Of a DNA stretch of 46,069 bases, positions 1-7,635 are shown piece after piece (position 1 is the first letter of the stretch; each line of letters begins with the position of its first letter). This DNA is from an uncultured Gammaproteobacteria bacterium. GTDB lineage: Bacteria; Patescibacteriota; Patescibacteriia; UBA2591; UBA6264. A model generated the notes under the pieces. The model was not told where the DNA came from. It ran no database searches and worked only from the letters and a program-made list of their open reading frames with translations. The stretch spans positions 1 to 46,069 of the forward strand of contig CAZHDT010000002.1 of assembly GCA_964531505.1 (NCBI GenBank). The letters run 5' to 3'. The position numbers were made by a program, and so were the translations under genes.

Positions 1-38
1 AAACATTGTATTTATAATTACAATTATGTTATTAAAAA

Positions 39-132
<94 letters not shown>

Positions 133-259
133 AAAATACGCTAACTCTTCGCTTAATCTATTAAACTTCGCTAAACGAAGAAATTACATGTGATATGGAA
201 GAAGGAATAGAATTATTTCGCAAAAATAAAAAATATTTATTTTCTGTTAATCTAAAAAA

Positions 260-1087
260 ATGTTAAATAATCACGAAAATTTAAAGAATAATTCTTTCTT
301 CAGTAATAGACTTGAAAAAGAAAAAGAACCACGAAAGGTAATTGTTTTTATTAGACATCCAGAACAAGACTTTAAGGTTAAACAATCAATGCGATTAGCC
401 AAAGATGGAGAAGATATAAATACTTATTCCCTAATTACTGCAAATGGATTAAAGCAACTTAGACAACTTTCAGAATATCTAGAAAAAGATTTTCCATGGA
501 AAATCTCAGATAGGGAATATTCAATCTATTCAAGTCCAATAAAAAGAGCTCAAAGAGGAGCTGATATTCTTGAGACAAATATTAGACTTAAGATAGCAGA
601 TGGCATTAAAATTCCTATTCCGGTAAATAATAACAGAAATATACTTGAGTGTTTTTCTGAAATAATATTCGCAACCGACATTGCTACAGACGAAGATATA
701 ATTAGAAGAGCGAAGATGAGAAAAATAAAAGTTGTAGACGCTTGGTTAGATATGGAGGGGGAAAATTTATTACCTAGGTTTCAAAATAAACTTAATGACA
801 TAAGAGAAGGGTTTTTTTATTTAGAACAACAGCCAACAAAACTTGATATTGTTTTGAGTCACGGATTAACGATTGCTACTATCATTTGGACCGCCCAAAA
901 CCCTGAAAAATTTAAAAATATAGAATATAAATTGACAATGAATGATTTAAAAGAAATAGTCAATTATTCAAAGAACATTCCTTGTACATCAATTACTGAG
1001 TTCAGTATTGATGATAATGGTATAAGTTTAGATAAAATCGGAGAAACGCCACACCTAAAGAAGGAAAACAATGAAACAATAATATGA
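260..1087 (+). CDS. Histidine phosphatase superfamily protein (phosphoglycerate-mutase-like branch)
   Basis: 275-aa ORF. Catalytic-type motifs are VIVFIRHPE (RHG-like), SSPIKRAQRGA (SPLxRAxxTA-like) and VLSHGLTIATI (second catalytic His). Its TGA stop overlaps the next ATG (ATGA). Confidence 0.7.
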   Translation: MLNNHENLKNNSFFSNRLEKEKEPRKVIVFIRHPEQDFKVKQSMRLAKDGEDINTYSLITANGLKQLRQLSEYLEKDFPWKISDREYSIYSSPIKRAQRGADILETNIRLKIADGIKIPIPVNNNRNILECFSEIIFATDIATDEDIIRRAKMRKIKVVDAWLDMEGENLLPRFQNKLNDIREGFFYLEQQPTKLDIVLSHGLTIATIIWTAQNPEKFKNIEYKLTMNDLKEIVNYSKNIPCTSITEFSIDDNGISLDKIGETPHLKKENNETII

Positions 1088-1686
1088 ATAAAATAATTTT
1101 AATTGGTGGAGCGCCAACAATAGGAAAGACTTATTTGGCTAATAAACTTTCAAGAGATATCAAATTACCATGGATTTCTACGGATATTATTAGGGGGTTA
1201 ATGCAAAAAGTAGTTAGAAAGGAAGATTATCCAGCTTTATTTTATCCCCCCATGTCAATAGCAAAAGAGTATTTAGAAAAACATACTCCAAAAGAAATCA
1301 TGAATGATCAAAACAAAGAAAGTATTGTAGTTTGGCGAGGGGTTCAAGGAATTTTAGATGATGGATATCCTTGGGAGAGTTATATTGTTGAAGGAGTCGC
1401 GATTCTACCTGGTTTCGTTTATAAAGCTATGGATAAATCGAAATGTATTTTACCAATTTTTCTATACGAAGATAGGGAGGACAGAATTAGAGAAGTAATA
1501 TTTAAAAGAGGTCTTTGGGACGACGCAGATAAATATTCAGATAAATTAAAAGAGAAAGAGGTTTCTTGGGTTGCTTTATTTAATAAATTTATTAAAAGAG
1601 AAACTTCTAAATATGGTCTTCCAATAGTAAGATACAGAGATGATGGGTCTCATTTTAAGGAAATAAAATTATTATGCGGTTTTTAA
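1084..1686 (+). CDS. P-loop kinase-like protein (2-phosphoglycerate-kinase / AAA_33-like)
   Basis: 200-aa ORF with Walker A IILIGGAPTIGKTYLANKL followed by ISTDIIRGLM. As I recall, this resembles the COG2074 2-PGK pattern. It overlaps the upstream gene by 4 nt. Confidence 0.55.
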   Translation: MNKIILIGGAPTIGKTYLANKLSRDIKLPWISTDIIRGLMQKVVRKEDYPALFYPPMSIAKEYLEKHTPKEIMNDQNKESIVVWRGVQGILDDGYPWESYIVEGVAILPGFVYKAMDKSKCILPIFLYEDREDRIREVIFKRGLWDDADKYSDKLKEKEVSWVALFNKFIKRETSKYGLPIVRYRDDGSHFKEIKLLCGF

Positions 1687-1715
1687 TTTAATATTCTTTA
1701 AAACAAACAAACTTT

Positions 1716-1805
1716 GGAGGCGTGGCTGAGCGGTCGAAAGCGACAGTCTTGAAAACTGTTATACCTGAAAAGGTATCAGAGGTTCGAATCCTCTCGCCTC
1801 CGCCA
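1716..1805 (+). tRNA. tRNA-Ser (anticodon UGA), CCA encoded
   Basis: Acceptor GGAGGCG/CGCCTCC; anticodon stem ACAGT/ACTGT with loop CTTGAAA; long variable arm ATACC/GGTAT; T-loop TTCGAAT; G-CCA. 90 nt. Confidence 0.9.
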
Positions 1806-1859
1806 ATGTATTTTAATAAAAAAGATTAAATATATTTAAAAAATTTTTATTAAATTATT

Positions 1860-2363
1860 ATGTCTGATGAAAATTTAAAACACGATTCAGAATACGGAAA
1901 ATTACTTTTAAAATGGAATTTTCCCGAGTATGAATCGCCAGTAAGGAATAAATCGTGGTATTTTGTCAGTAGTATAGTTTTTATTATTATTCTGATTTAT
2001 TCTTTAGTTACCCGGAATTTTATTTTTACTATTTTCTTAATTCTTTTTGGTTTGATAATTTTTCTTCATTTAAAAAATTCTCCTTTAGAAGTAGAATTTA
2101 AAATTTATGAAGACGGTCTAGTTTTGGGAAATCGTTTTTATGAATGGACTGAATTAAAGAGTTTCCGCCTAGTTTATAAACCACCTTATGTTAAAAGACT
2201 TTATTTTGATACGAAAAATAATTTAACCCCGGAAGTTTCTATAAATTTAGAAAAGCAAAATCCTTTGGAAATAAGGAAAATATTAAAAAATTATTTAAAA
2301 GAAGATTTAGATAAAGAAGAAGAGATTTTATTTGATAAAATAAACCGCTGGTTAAAGATTTAA
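1860..2363 (+). CDS. Hypothetical membrane protein (two predicted TM helices plus a C-terminal soluble domain)
   Basis: 167-aa ORF. Hydrophobic stretch WYFVSSIVFIIILIYSLVTRNFIFTIFLILFGLIIFL. No motif I recognise. Occupies an otherwise empty interval between two tRNAs. Confidence 0.6.
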   Translation: MSDENLKHDSEYGKLLLKWNFPEYESPVRNKSWYFVSSIVFIIILIYSLVTRNFIFTIFLILFGLIIFLHLKNSPLEVEFKIYEDGLVLGNRFYEWTELKSFRLVYKPPYVKRLYFDTKNNLTPEVSINLEKQNPLEIRKILKNYLKEDLDKEEEILFDKINRWLKI

Positions 2364-2365
2364 GA

Positions 2366-2437
2366 GCTCCCATAGCTCAAAGGATAGAGTACCGGCTTGC
2401 GGAGCCTGTGATGGAGGTTCGATTCCTCCTGGGAGCA
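2366..2437 (+). tRNA. tRNA, probably Arg (anticodon read as GCG), no encoded CCA
   Basis: Acceptor GCTCCCA/TGGGAGC; D-stem GCTC/GAGT; anticodon stem CCGGC/GCCTG (one C-U mismatch) with loop TTGCGGA; 4-nt variable region TGAT; T-arm GGAGG-TTCGATT-CCTCC. The isotype should be confirmed with tRNAscan-SE. Confidence 0.75.
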
Positions 2438-2441
2438 TTTT

Positions 2442-2466
2442 AAAAAGGGGACTGTCCCCTTTTTTC
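2442..2466 (+). terminator. Rho-independent terminator after tRNA-Arg
   Basis: AAAAAGGGGA-CTG-TCCCCTTTTT hairpin followed by a T-run. Confidence 0.75.
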
Positions 2467-2552
2467 TCTTCTCGTTTGCCCGCTCCCAGCCTAAGTTTTT
2501 GAGCTAATTTTTCAAAATTAGTCGAATATAGACTAGTTTTTAATTAAAATAT

Positions 2553-2577
2553 AAAAACCCTACAAACAGGGTTTTTT
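2553..2577. terminator. Bidirectional hairpin terminator-like element
   Basis: AAAAACCCT-ACAAAC-AGGGTTTTT. A 9-bp stem flanked by an A-run and a T-run, so it could function on either strand. It lies downstream of the minus-strand ImmA gene. Confidence 0.55.
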
Positions 2578-2719
2578 GAATTGAATTTTTGAAAAGAATG
2601 GCGGGGTTTACGGGACGATTTCAGAACTATGGATTGGGAGGAAGTGACAATAAATCTTAGCGTATTTAAAATAAAATAATATTTGGATATATTTGAAGTG
2701 ATTTTTAAAAATTGAATAA

Positions 2720-3328
2720 TTATTTTTTATTCTCAAGTTTTTCTAATGCTATAAACATAGCCATTTGAGAAACGCCAAAAATAATTGATAACTGCGAAGC
2801 CAATAATTGCTTCAATGTTTCTTTTGATATAGATTTTATTTTAGATAATAATTTTGTATCAAATGATTCTAATATTTGATTTTTTTCCAACTTCAATCTG
2901 TCTTCTGGTATAAGAAGGTATCCTGCAAAAATATCAGCTTGCTTGTCAATTCTTCTAATATTTTCCCTATAAGGTTTTTTTTCTTGAATTTCGCGAAAAT
3001 CATCCCAGTTTTTTATTCCAAAATTTTTATAAATATTTTTATGTAAAACAAAGTGTCCAATTTCGTGAGCGTAAGAAAATCTTAATCTATTTTTTTGAGT
3101 ATCATCAGAATAAATTTTTTCATCCACATAGATAGATTTAAAATTAGACATTATTATCATATCTATTCCGCGAAGATATTTTAGTCCTGGTGATAAGGCG
3201 ATAGTCATTTTTAGTTTCAGTTCTATAATGTCTTCCATTTCTACGGGAATGGAATTGTCTGAATATTTGGTTCTGAAATTATTCGCTATATTTTTAATTT
3301 TTTCGTTACTGAGATACAGAATTTCCAT
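2720..3328 (-). CDS. ImmA/IrrE-family zinc metallopeptidase (DUF955-like)
   Basis: 202-aa ORF with HEXXH motif in FSYAHEIGHFVLH. Immediately follows the XRE gene with a 0-nt gap, the classic ImmR/ImmA-type pairing. Confidence 0.8.
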   Translation of the reverse strand: MEILYLSNEKIKNIANNFRTKYSDNSIPVEMEDIIELKLKMTIALSPGLKYLRGIDMIIMSNFKSIYVDEKIYSDDTQKNRLRFSYAHEIGHFVLHKNIYKNFGIKNWDDFREIQEKKPYRENIRRIDKQADIFAGYLLIPEDRLKLEKNQILESFDTKLLSKIKSISKETLKQLLASQLSIIFGVSQMAMFIALEKLENKK

Positions 3329-3706
3329 TTAACTTTTTTTTATTAATTTTATTAATTCTTCTATATCTTTTTTGGTCATCTTTTCTTTTTTTATTGATCT
3401 AAAAAATGCCGGAAGATAGTTTGTAATATTTTCTTCTTTCATAATATCGGATGGGATTAAGCCCTGCGCTACTTGCGCATCGCTTATAAAATTTTTAATT
3501 TCTATAGCATTTGTTAATCCTAACGCTTCAGCCCATTTGTTTAATATTTTATTATTAGATGGGGGAGAGATTCTGCCTCTTTCTATTTTACTCCAATTAC
3601 TGGGGTCGTAATCAACCCTTTTACACATTTTTCTAAGAGTTAAACCTTTATTAATTCGCAATTCTTTTAATTTTTGACCAAATTTTTGTAAATTTTTATT
3701 CGCCAT
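3329..3706 (-). CDS. XRE-family helix-turn-helix transcriptional regulator
   Basis: HTH signature LKELRINKGLTLRKMCKRVDYDPSNWSKIERGRISP. I place the start at ATG 3706 (MANKNLQKF...) rather than the track's GTG at 3760, because a promoter and operator occupy 3743-3778. Confidence 0.8.
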   Translation of the reverse strand: MANKNLQKFGQKLKELRINKGLTLRKMCKRVDYDPSNWSKIERGRISPPSNNKILNKWAEALGLTNAIEIKNFISDAQVAQGLIPSDIMKEENITNYLPAFFRSIKKEKMTKKDIEELIKLIKKS

Positions 3707-3742
3707 AGTTCTTTTTTTATTTTTATTAATATATTGACCTCT

Positions 3743-3778
3743 GTGGTATAATAATACCACAAAGACAAGAAATTACAA
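3743..3778 (-). promoter_or_regulatory. Candidate promoter plus palindromic operator of the XRE-ImmA operon
   Basis: Minus strand reads TTGTAA (3778-3773), a 16-nt spacer, then TATTAT (3756-3751). The perfect inverted repeat GTGGTAT-AATA-ATACCAC (3743-3760) overlaps the -10. Confidence 0.5.
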
Positions 3779-3804
3779 CGTTTAACCTGTGTATAACTTT
3801 TGAT

Positions 3805-3844
3805 GAAAAAATAAACAAAAAAATAGAGTGAATAACTCTATTTT
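3805..3844 (-). terminator. Rho-independent terminator downstream of tRNA-Asp
   Basis: 10-bp stem AAAATAGAGT / ACTCTATTTT (3820-3829 / 3835-3844), followed on the minus strand by a U-rich tract. Confidence 0.7.
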
Positions 3845-3851
3845 AGGATAG

Positions 3852-3928
3852 TGGCGGTCCGGACGGGACTCGAACCCGCAACCTTCTGCGTGACAGGCAG
3901 ATGATCTAACCAATTGATCTACCGAACC
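3852..3928 (-). tRNA. tRNA-Asp (anticodon GUC), CCA encoded
   Basis: The reverse complement folds as follows: acceptor GGTTCGG/CCGGACC; D-stem GATC/GATC; anticodon stem TCTGC/GCAGA with loop CTGTCAC; T-arm GCGGG-TTCGAGT-CCCGT; G-CCA. 77 nt. Confidence 0.9.
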
Positions 3929-4263
3929 TTTTCGATAATTTGAGAGAATATTTGAGGATGATTTTCCGCTAATTGAGCTAAAATTTTTCTATCAATTTCG
4001 ATATGATTAGTTTTCAAAGCAGCAATGAATTTTGAATAGGATAAATCATGATTATGACAAGCAGCATTTATTTTAATTTGCCAAAGAGCCCTAAATACTC
4101 TTTTTTTATTTCTTCGGTCACGATAAGCATAAACACCAGCTTTTCTAACAGCTGTTTTGGCCAGTTTGATTTTGCTTTTTCTTCCCCCGCGATATCCTTT
4201 TGTCAGTTTGAGTAGATTTGTCCTTTTTTTTAAGTGACCCTTTCCCCTTTTTACTCTTGGCAT
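3919..4263 (-). CDS. rplT: 50S ribosomal protein L20
   Basis: MPRVKRGKGHLKKRTNLLKLTKGYRGGRKS... is a typical L20 N-terminus, and the gene follows rpmI and infC. The last 10 nt, including the TAG stop, overlap the 5' end of tRNA-Asp. Confidence 0.92.
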   Translation of the reverse strand: MPRVKRGKGHLKKRTNLLKLTKGYRGGRKSKIKLAKTAVRKAGVYAYRDRRNKKRVFRALWQIKINAACHNHDLSYSKFIAALKTNHIEIDRKILAQLAENHPQIFSQIIEKVR

Positions 4264-4329
4264 ATTTTTAATTTAAATAATTTATTGGTTAAAATTAGAT
4301 TTTTTTTGATTATAATTATTTTTTTAAGA

Positions 4330-4515
4330 CTAACCCAAATATTGCCGAACAGTTTTTCTTAAACTTTTGGATAAAGTCTTTAACTGGCGTTTATTTTTGG
4401 TAGTGGCGCCGGATTCACTGCTATTATAATGGTTTTGGCCGCAAGTTCGGTGTAAAATTTTTCCGTTTTTTGTCATAGTGAGCCTTTTGGTGATTAATTT
4501 TCGATTTTTCAACAT
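4330..4515 (-). CDS. rpmI: 50S ribosomal protein L35
   Basis: 61-aa basic protein sitting between infC and rplT, the conserved infC-rpmI-rplT order. Confidence 0.85.
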   Translation of the reverse strand: MLKNRKLITKRLTMTKNGKILHRTCGQNHYNSSESGATTKNKRQLKTLSKSLRKTVRQYLG

Positions 4516-4519
4516 ATAA

Positions 4520-5020
4520 TTAAAAAGAAATAATAGTAATTAAAGAATTTCCTTGCCTGGTTGAATTTTGTTCTATTTTTATTTTTTTTCCAAGGGTTTC
4601 AATGAATTTATTCATTTTTTGTTCTGCCAAATCAAAGTGAGCTTTTTCTCTTCCCTTAAGAATCATTTCAATTTTGACTTTATATCCCTTAGTTAAAAAA
4701 TCTTCCGCCTTTTTAGCTCGAAGCATTAAATCATGTTCGCTTATTCTTGGCGTTAAACGAATGCCTTTAAGACTAGTACTTTTTTGTTGCTTTTTTTGTT
4801 GTCGGTCTTTCTTTTTTAAATCGTATTTAAATTGGCCAAAATTAATAATTTTAGCTACCGGCGGATTAGCCTTCGGCCCGATTTCAACTAAATCCAAGCC
4901 CTTTTCTCTAGCAAGCGCCAAAGCTTTTTCTGTTTCAATATCTCCTATGTGTTTGTTTTCTTCATCAATTAGACAAACTTTAGGACAAATAATTTTGTTA
5001 TTAAGGCGATAATATTTCAC
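4520..5020 (-). CDS. infC: Translation initiation factor IF-3
   Basis: Matches IF-3 N and C domains: CPKVCLIDEENKHIGDIETEKALALAREKGLDLVEIGPKANPPVAKIINFGQFKYD. The track start is a GTG at 5020. The exact (non-ATG) start is uncertain, as is usual for infC. Confidence 0.9.
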   Translation of the reverse strand: MKYYRLNNKIICPKVCLIDEENKHIGDIETEKALALAREKGLDLVEIGPKANPPVAKIINFGQFKYDLKKKDRQQKKQQKSTSLKGIRLTPRISEHDLMLRAKKAEDFLTKGYKVKIEMILKGREKAHFDLAEQKMNKFIETLGKKIKIEQNSTRQGNSLITIISF

Positions 5021-5157
5021 TAAAAATATTTATTTTTTTTATTAAATTTTAATAGAGTAGGAGTTTTCTTTGCGCTGATAAAATCTTAGAACACCTTTTA
5101 TTCTTGTTTATTTGTCTGTAAATCTATCACTCCAAAATTTTTGGCTCGGGATAATGA

Positions 5158-5502
5158 TGGTGGAGGTGGGGAGAATCGAACTCCCGTCTAAAAAGTATTA
5201 TTAAAAGTTTCTACTCTTGTAGTTTAGTTTGGTGTCGGGTTTATGATAAAAACTAAACAAAAATGCTTAAACCCCTATCCCCATTTTTCTAAGCTTTTAA
5301 CTTGGGCGGTTAAATGCCGATCCTGCTGATTTGACGCCAAATTTCGGATAGCAGGAATCTCTGAATTTGACGGCAATAGGTTATTACGCTACTGCTAAAG
5401 CTAAATTTTCGTTGACAATTATTTTTTTGAGAAATTTTTTGTCTTTCTCAAGACAAAGAGCCGCTTTTAATATTTGACTTTTCATCGAATCCAATCACCC
5501 CC
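5158..5502 (-). ncRNA. ssrA: tmRNA (SsrA), about 345 nt
   Basis: 5' end GGGGGTGATTGGATTCGA and 3' end GACGGGAGTTCGATTCTCCCCACCTCCACCA form a tRNA-Ala-like acceptor with a G3-U pair. The internal tag frame GTC AAC GAA AAT TTA GCT TTA GCA GTA GCG TAA TAA (5416..5381) encodes ...NENLALAVA. Confidence 0.9.
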
Positions 5503-5533
5503 GGCAATTGGCGTATTTTATAAAATCGTTATT

Positions 5534-7624
5534 TTATTTTTTTCCATTTTCCCCCACGATTTTTTCCTGGATACTTTGGGGAACTTGTCCATAATGAGAA
5601 AATTCCATATTTGAATTTCCTCGTCCTTCAGTTAAAGATCTAAGGTTGGTGGTATAGCCGAACATTTCAGACAAAGGAGATAAAGCTTTGACTACTTTAA
5701 TTTGTCCGCGAGTTTCTGTTTCTTGAATTTGCGACCTTCGAGAACTTAGATCGCCGATTACATCTCCTAAAAACTTTTCTGCCACCATAACTTCTACTTT
5801 CATAATTGGTTCCAAGATAATCGGTTTAGCTCTTTGGACTCCTTCTCTTACTGCTCGGTTAGCAGCCATTTTAAAAGCCGCTTCTGAAGAATCAACTTCA
5901 TGAAATGACCCGTCGTAAACCGCAACTCTCATATCAATTACGGGGTATCCAGCTAAGACACCGCTATCCATGGTCTCAATTACGCCCTTTTTAATAGCTG
6001 GGATATATTCTCTTGGAATAACACCGCCTTTTACTTCATCCACGAATTCAAATCCTTTATTTCTTTCCATAGGTTCTAATCTTAACCAGCAATGGCCATA
6101 TTGGCCACGGCCTCCGGATTGATGAATATATTTCCCTTCGCTTTCTATTGTAGCGGTAATTGTTTCTTTATAAGCGACTCGCGGTTGTCCTACATTGGCT
6201 TCAACATTAAATTCCCTTTTCATACGGTCAACAATAATTTCCAAATGAAGTTCTCCCATTCCAGAAATAATTGTTTGACCCGTTTCTTCATCGGTTTTAA
6301 CTTTAAAAGTGGGGTCTTCTTCTGCCAGTTTTGCGATCGCCAGCCCCATTTTTTCTTGGTCTGGTTTGCTTTTTGGCTCAATAGCGATAGAAATAACAGG
6401 TTCCGGAAAATCAATTGATTCAAGACGAATTGGCTTATTGGGGTCGCAAAGAGTATCTCCTGTTGTGGTATTCTTTAAACCAACAATAGCGGCAATATCT
6501 CCTGCAAAAACATCTTTAATTTCTTTTCTTTGGTTAGCGTGCATTTGAACAATTCTTCCTACCCGTTCTTTATTATTGGTACTAGCATTTAAAATATATG
6601 AACCAGCTGTTAAAGAACCGGAATAAACTCTAAAATAGCATAGCCGGCCGACAAAAGGGTCGGTGGCGATTTTGAAAGCCAAGGCGGCAAAGGGTTCCTT
6701 TTCGTTGGTTTTTCTAGTTTCTTTTTCTCCAGATAAATTATTTCCCTCTATAGGGGGAACGTCTAAAGGAGATGGTAAATAATCACAAACAGCATTGATT
6801 AAAAATTGAACCCCTTTATTTTTTAAAGCAGACCCACAAAAAACAGGCATAATTTTATTTGTTATTACAGCTTGTCTTAAAGTGGCTTTTAATTCCTCCA
6901 ATTTTATTTCTTCTTCGGCTAAATATTTTTCCATTAATTTTTCATCATTTTCTACAATTGCTTCAATTAATTCATGACGGTATTCTTTAGTCTTTTCTTT
7001 CAAATCATTGGGAATATCTTCTTCCTTCATTTCTTTTCCCATTTCATCTTGATAAATAGTGGCTTTTTGAGTTAATAAATCAACAAAGCCTTTAAAATTT
7101 GCTTCAGTGCCAATAGGAAGCTGCATGGCATAAGCGCGAGGAGTAAGACGATCTCTAATTGATTTTAAATCGGCATAAAAATCAGCGCCGGTGCGGTCTA
7201 ATTTATTAACAAAAGCGATTAAAGGAATTTTAAATTTTTCTGCTTGGTGGTAAACCGTTTCTGATTGTGGTTCTACTCCGGCTACGCCGTCAAAAACAAC
7301 CACCCCGCCGTCTAAAACTCTTAAAGACCTTTGAACTTCAGCGGTAAAATCAATGTGCCCCGGAGTATCAATAAGGTTTATTCTTATTTCTTCTCCTTGG
7401 GGAGGGGTCCAAAAAACTGTAGTAGCGGCGGAAGTAATAGTAACGCCTCGTTCTTTTTCTTGTTCCATCCAATCCATTTCTGCTTGACCCTCATGAACTT
7501 CTCCAATTTTATGTTTTTTGCCGGTATAAAATAGAATCCTTTCACTCACAGTTGTTTTTCCGGCATCAATGTGAGCAATGATACCAATATTTCTAGTTTT
7601 TTTTAAGGAAAATTCAGAATTCAT
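5534..7624 (-). CDS. fusA: Elongation factor G
   Basis: 696 aa. G-domain motifs [14 protein letters not shown] and NKLD. Follows rpsL-rpsG. Confidence 0.97.
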   Translation of the reverse strand: MNSEFSLKKTRNIGIIAHIDAGKTTVSERILFYTGKKHKIGEVHEGQAEMDWMEQEKERGVTITSAATTVFWTPPQGEEIRINLIDTPGHIDFTAEVQRSLRVLDGGVVVFDGVAGVEPQSETVYHQAEKFKIPLIAFVNKLDRTGADFYADLKSIRDRLTPRAYAMQLPIGTEANFKGFVDLLTQKATIYQDEMGKEMKEEDIPNDLKEKTKEYRHELIEAIVENDEKLMEKYLAEEEIKLEELKATLRQAVITNKIMPVFCGSALKNKGVQFLINAVCDYLPSPLDVPPIEGNNLSGEKETRKTNEKEPFAALAFKIATDPFVGRLCYFRVYSGSLTAGSYILNASTNNKERVGRIVQMHANQRKEIKDVFAGDIAAIVGLKNTTTGDTLCDPNKPIRLESIDFPEPVISIAIEPKSKPDQEKMGLAIAKLAEEDPTFKVKTDEETGQTIISGMGELHLEIIVDRMKREFNVEANVGQPRVAYKETITATIESEGKYIHQSGGRGQYGHCWLRLEPMERNKGFEFVDEVKGGVIPREYIPAIKKGVIETMDSGVLAGYPVIDMRVAVYDGSFHEVDSSEAAFKMAANRAVREGVQRAKPIILEPIMKVEVMVAEKFLGDVIGDLSSRRSQIQETETRGQIKVVKALSPLSEMFGYTTNLRSLTEGRGNSNMEFSHYGQVPQSIQEKIVGENGKK

Positions 7625-7635
7625 AATTTTAAAGA

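Noticed and set aside
195-266. 23-aa upstream ORF (MEEGIELFRKNKKYLFSVNLKKC) ending in an A7 tract. A -1 slip on A_AAA_AAA, or one extra A, would fuse it to the histidine-phosphatase ORF.
   Set aside because: The phosphatase already has about 25 residues ahead of its RH motif, so no N-terminal extension is needed. A7 runs are common in this AT-rich genome. There is no downstream stimulatory structure and no evidence of conservation. I treat it as coincidence unless relatives show a fused ORF.
2610-2650. GGGAGGAAGTGAC resembling the SRP (4.5S) RNA GGAAGGAAGCAGC helix-8 motif
   Set aside because: The flanking bases cannot form the closing helix-8 pairs or a GNRA tetraloop context, so the resemblance is superficial.
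3707-3760. GTG start at 3760, giving a 143-aa XRE protein as in the ORF track
   Set aside because: The extra 18 codons would cover the palindromic operator and the -10 element. The MVLLYHRGQYINKNKKRT extension has no HTH-family counterpart. ATG at 3706 gives a standard-length N-terminus.
2441-3850. Direct repeat of the tRNA-Arg 3' end (att site) that would delimit an integrated element
   Set aside because: Only an 8-nt match (GCTCCCAG, about 2478-2485) to the tRNA acceptor sequence was found. That is too short to distinguish from chance, and no integrase is present.
4674-5012. 112-aa ORF on the plus strand inside infC
   Set aside because: It is antisense to a clearly conserved IF-3 coding sequence. 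The low-complexity Cys/Phe/Leu-rich translation is typical of the reverse frame of a Lys/Glu-rich gene.
6092-7534. Several 67-108-aa ORFs (6092..6418, 6220..6423, 6309..6548, 7331..7534) overlapping fusA
   Set aside because: All lie within, antisense to or out of frame with the highly conserved EF-G gene. None has a recognisable motif. They are shadow ORFs of an AT-rich sequence.
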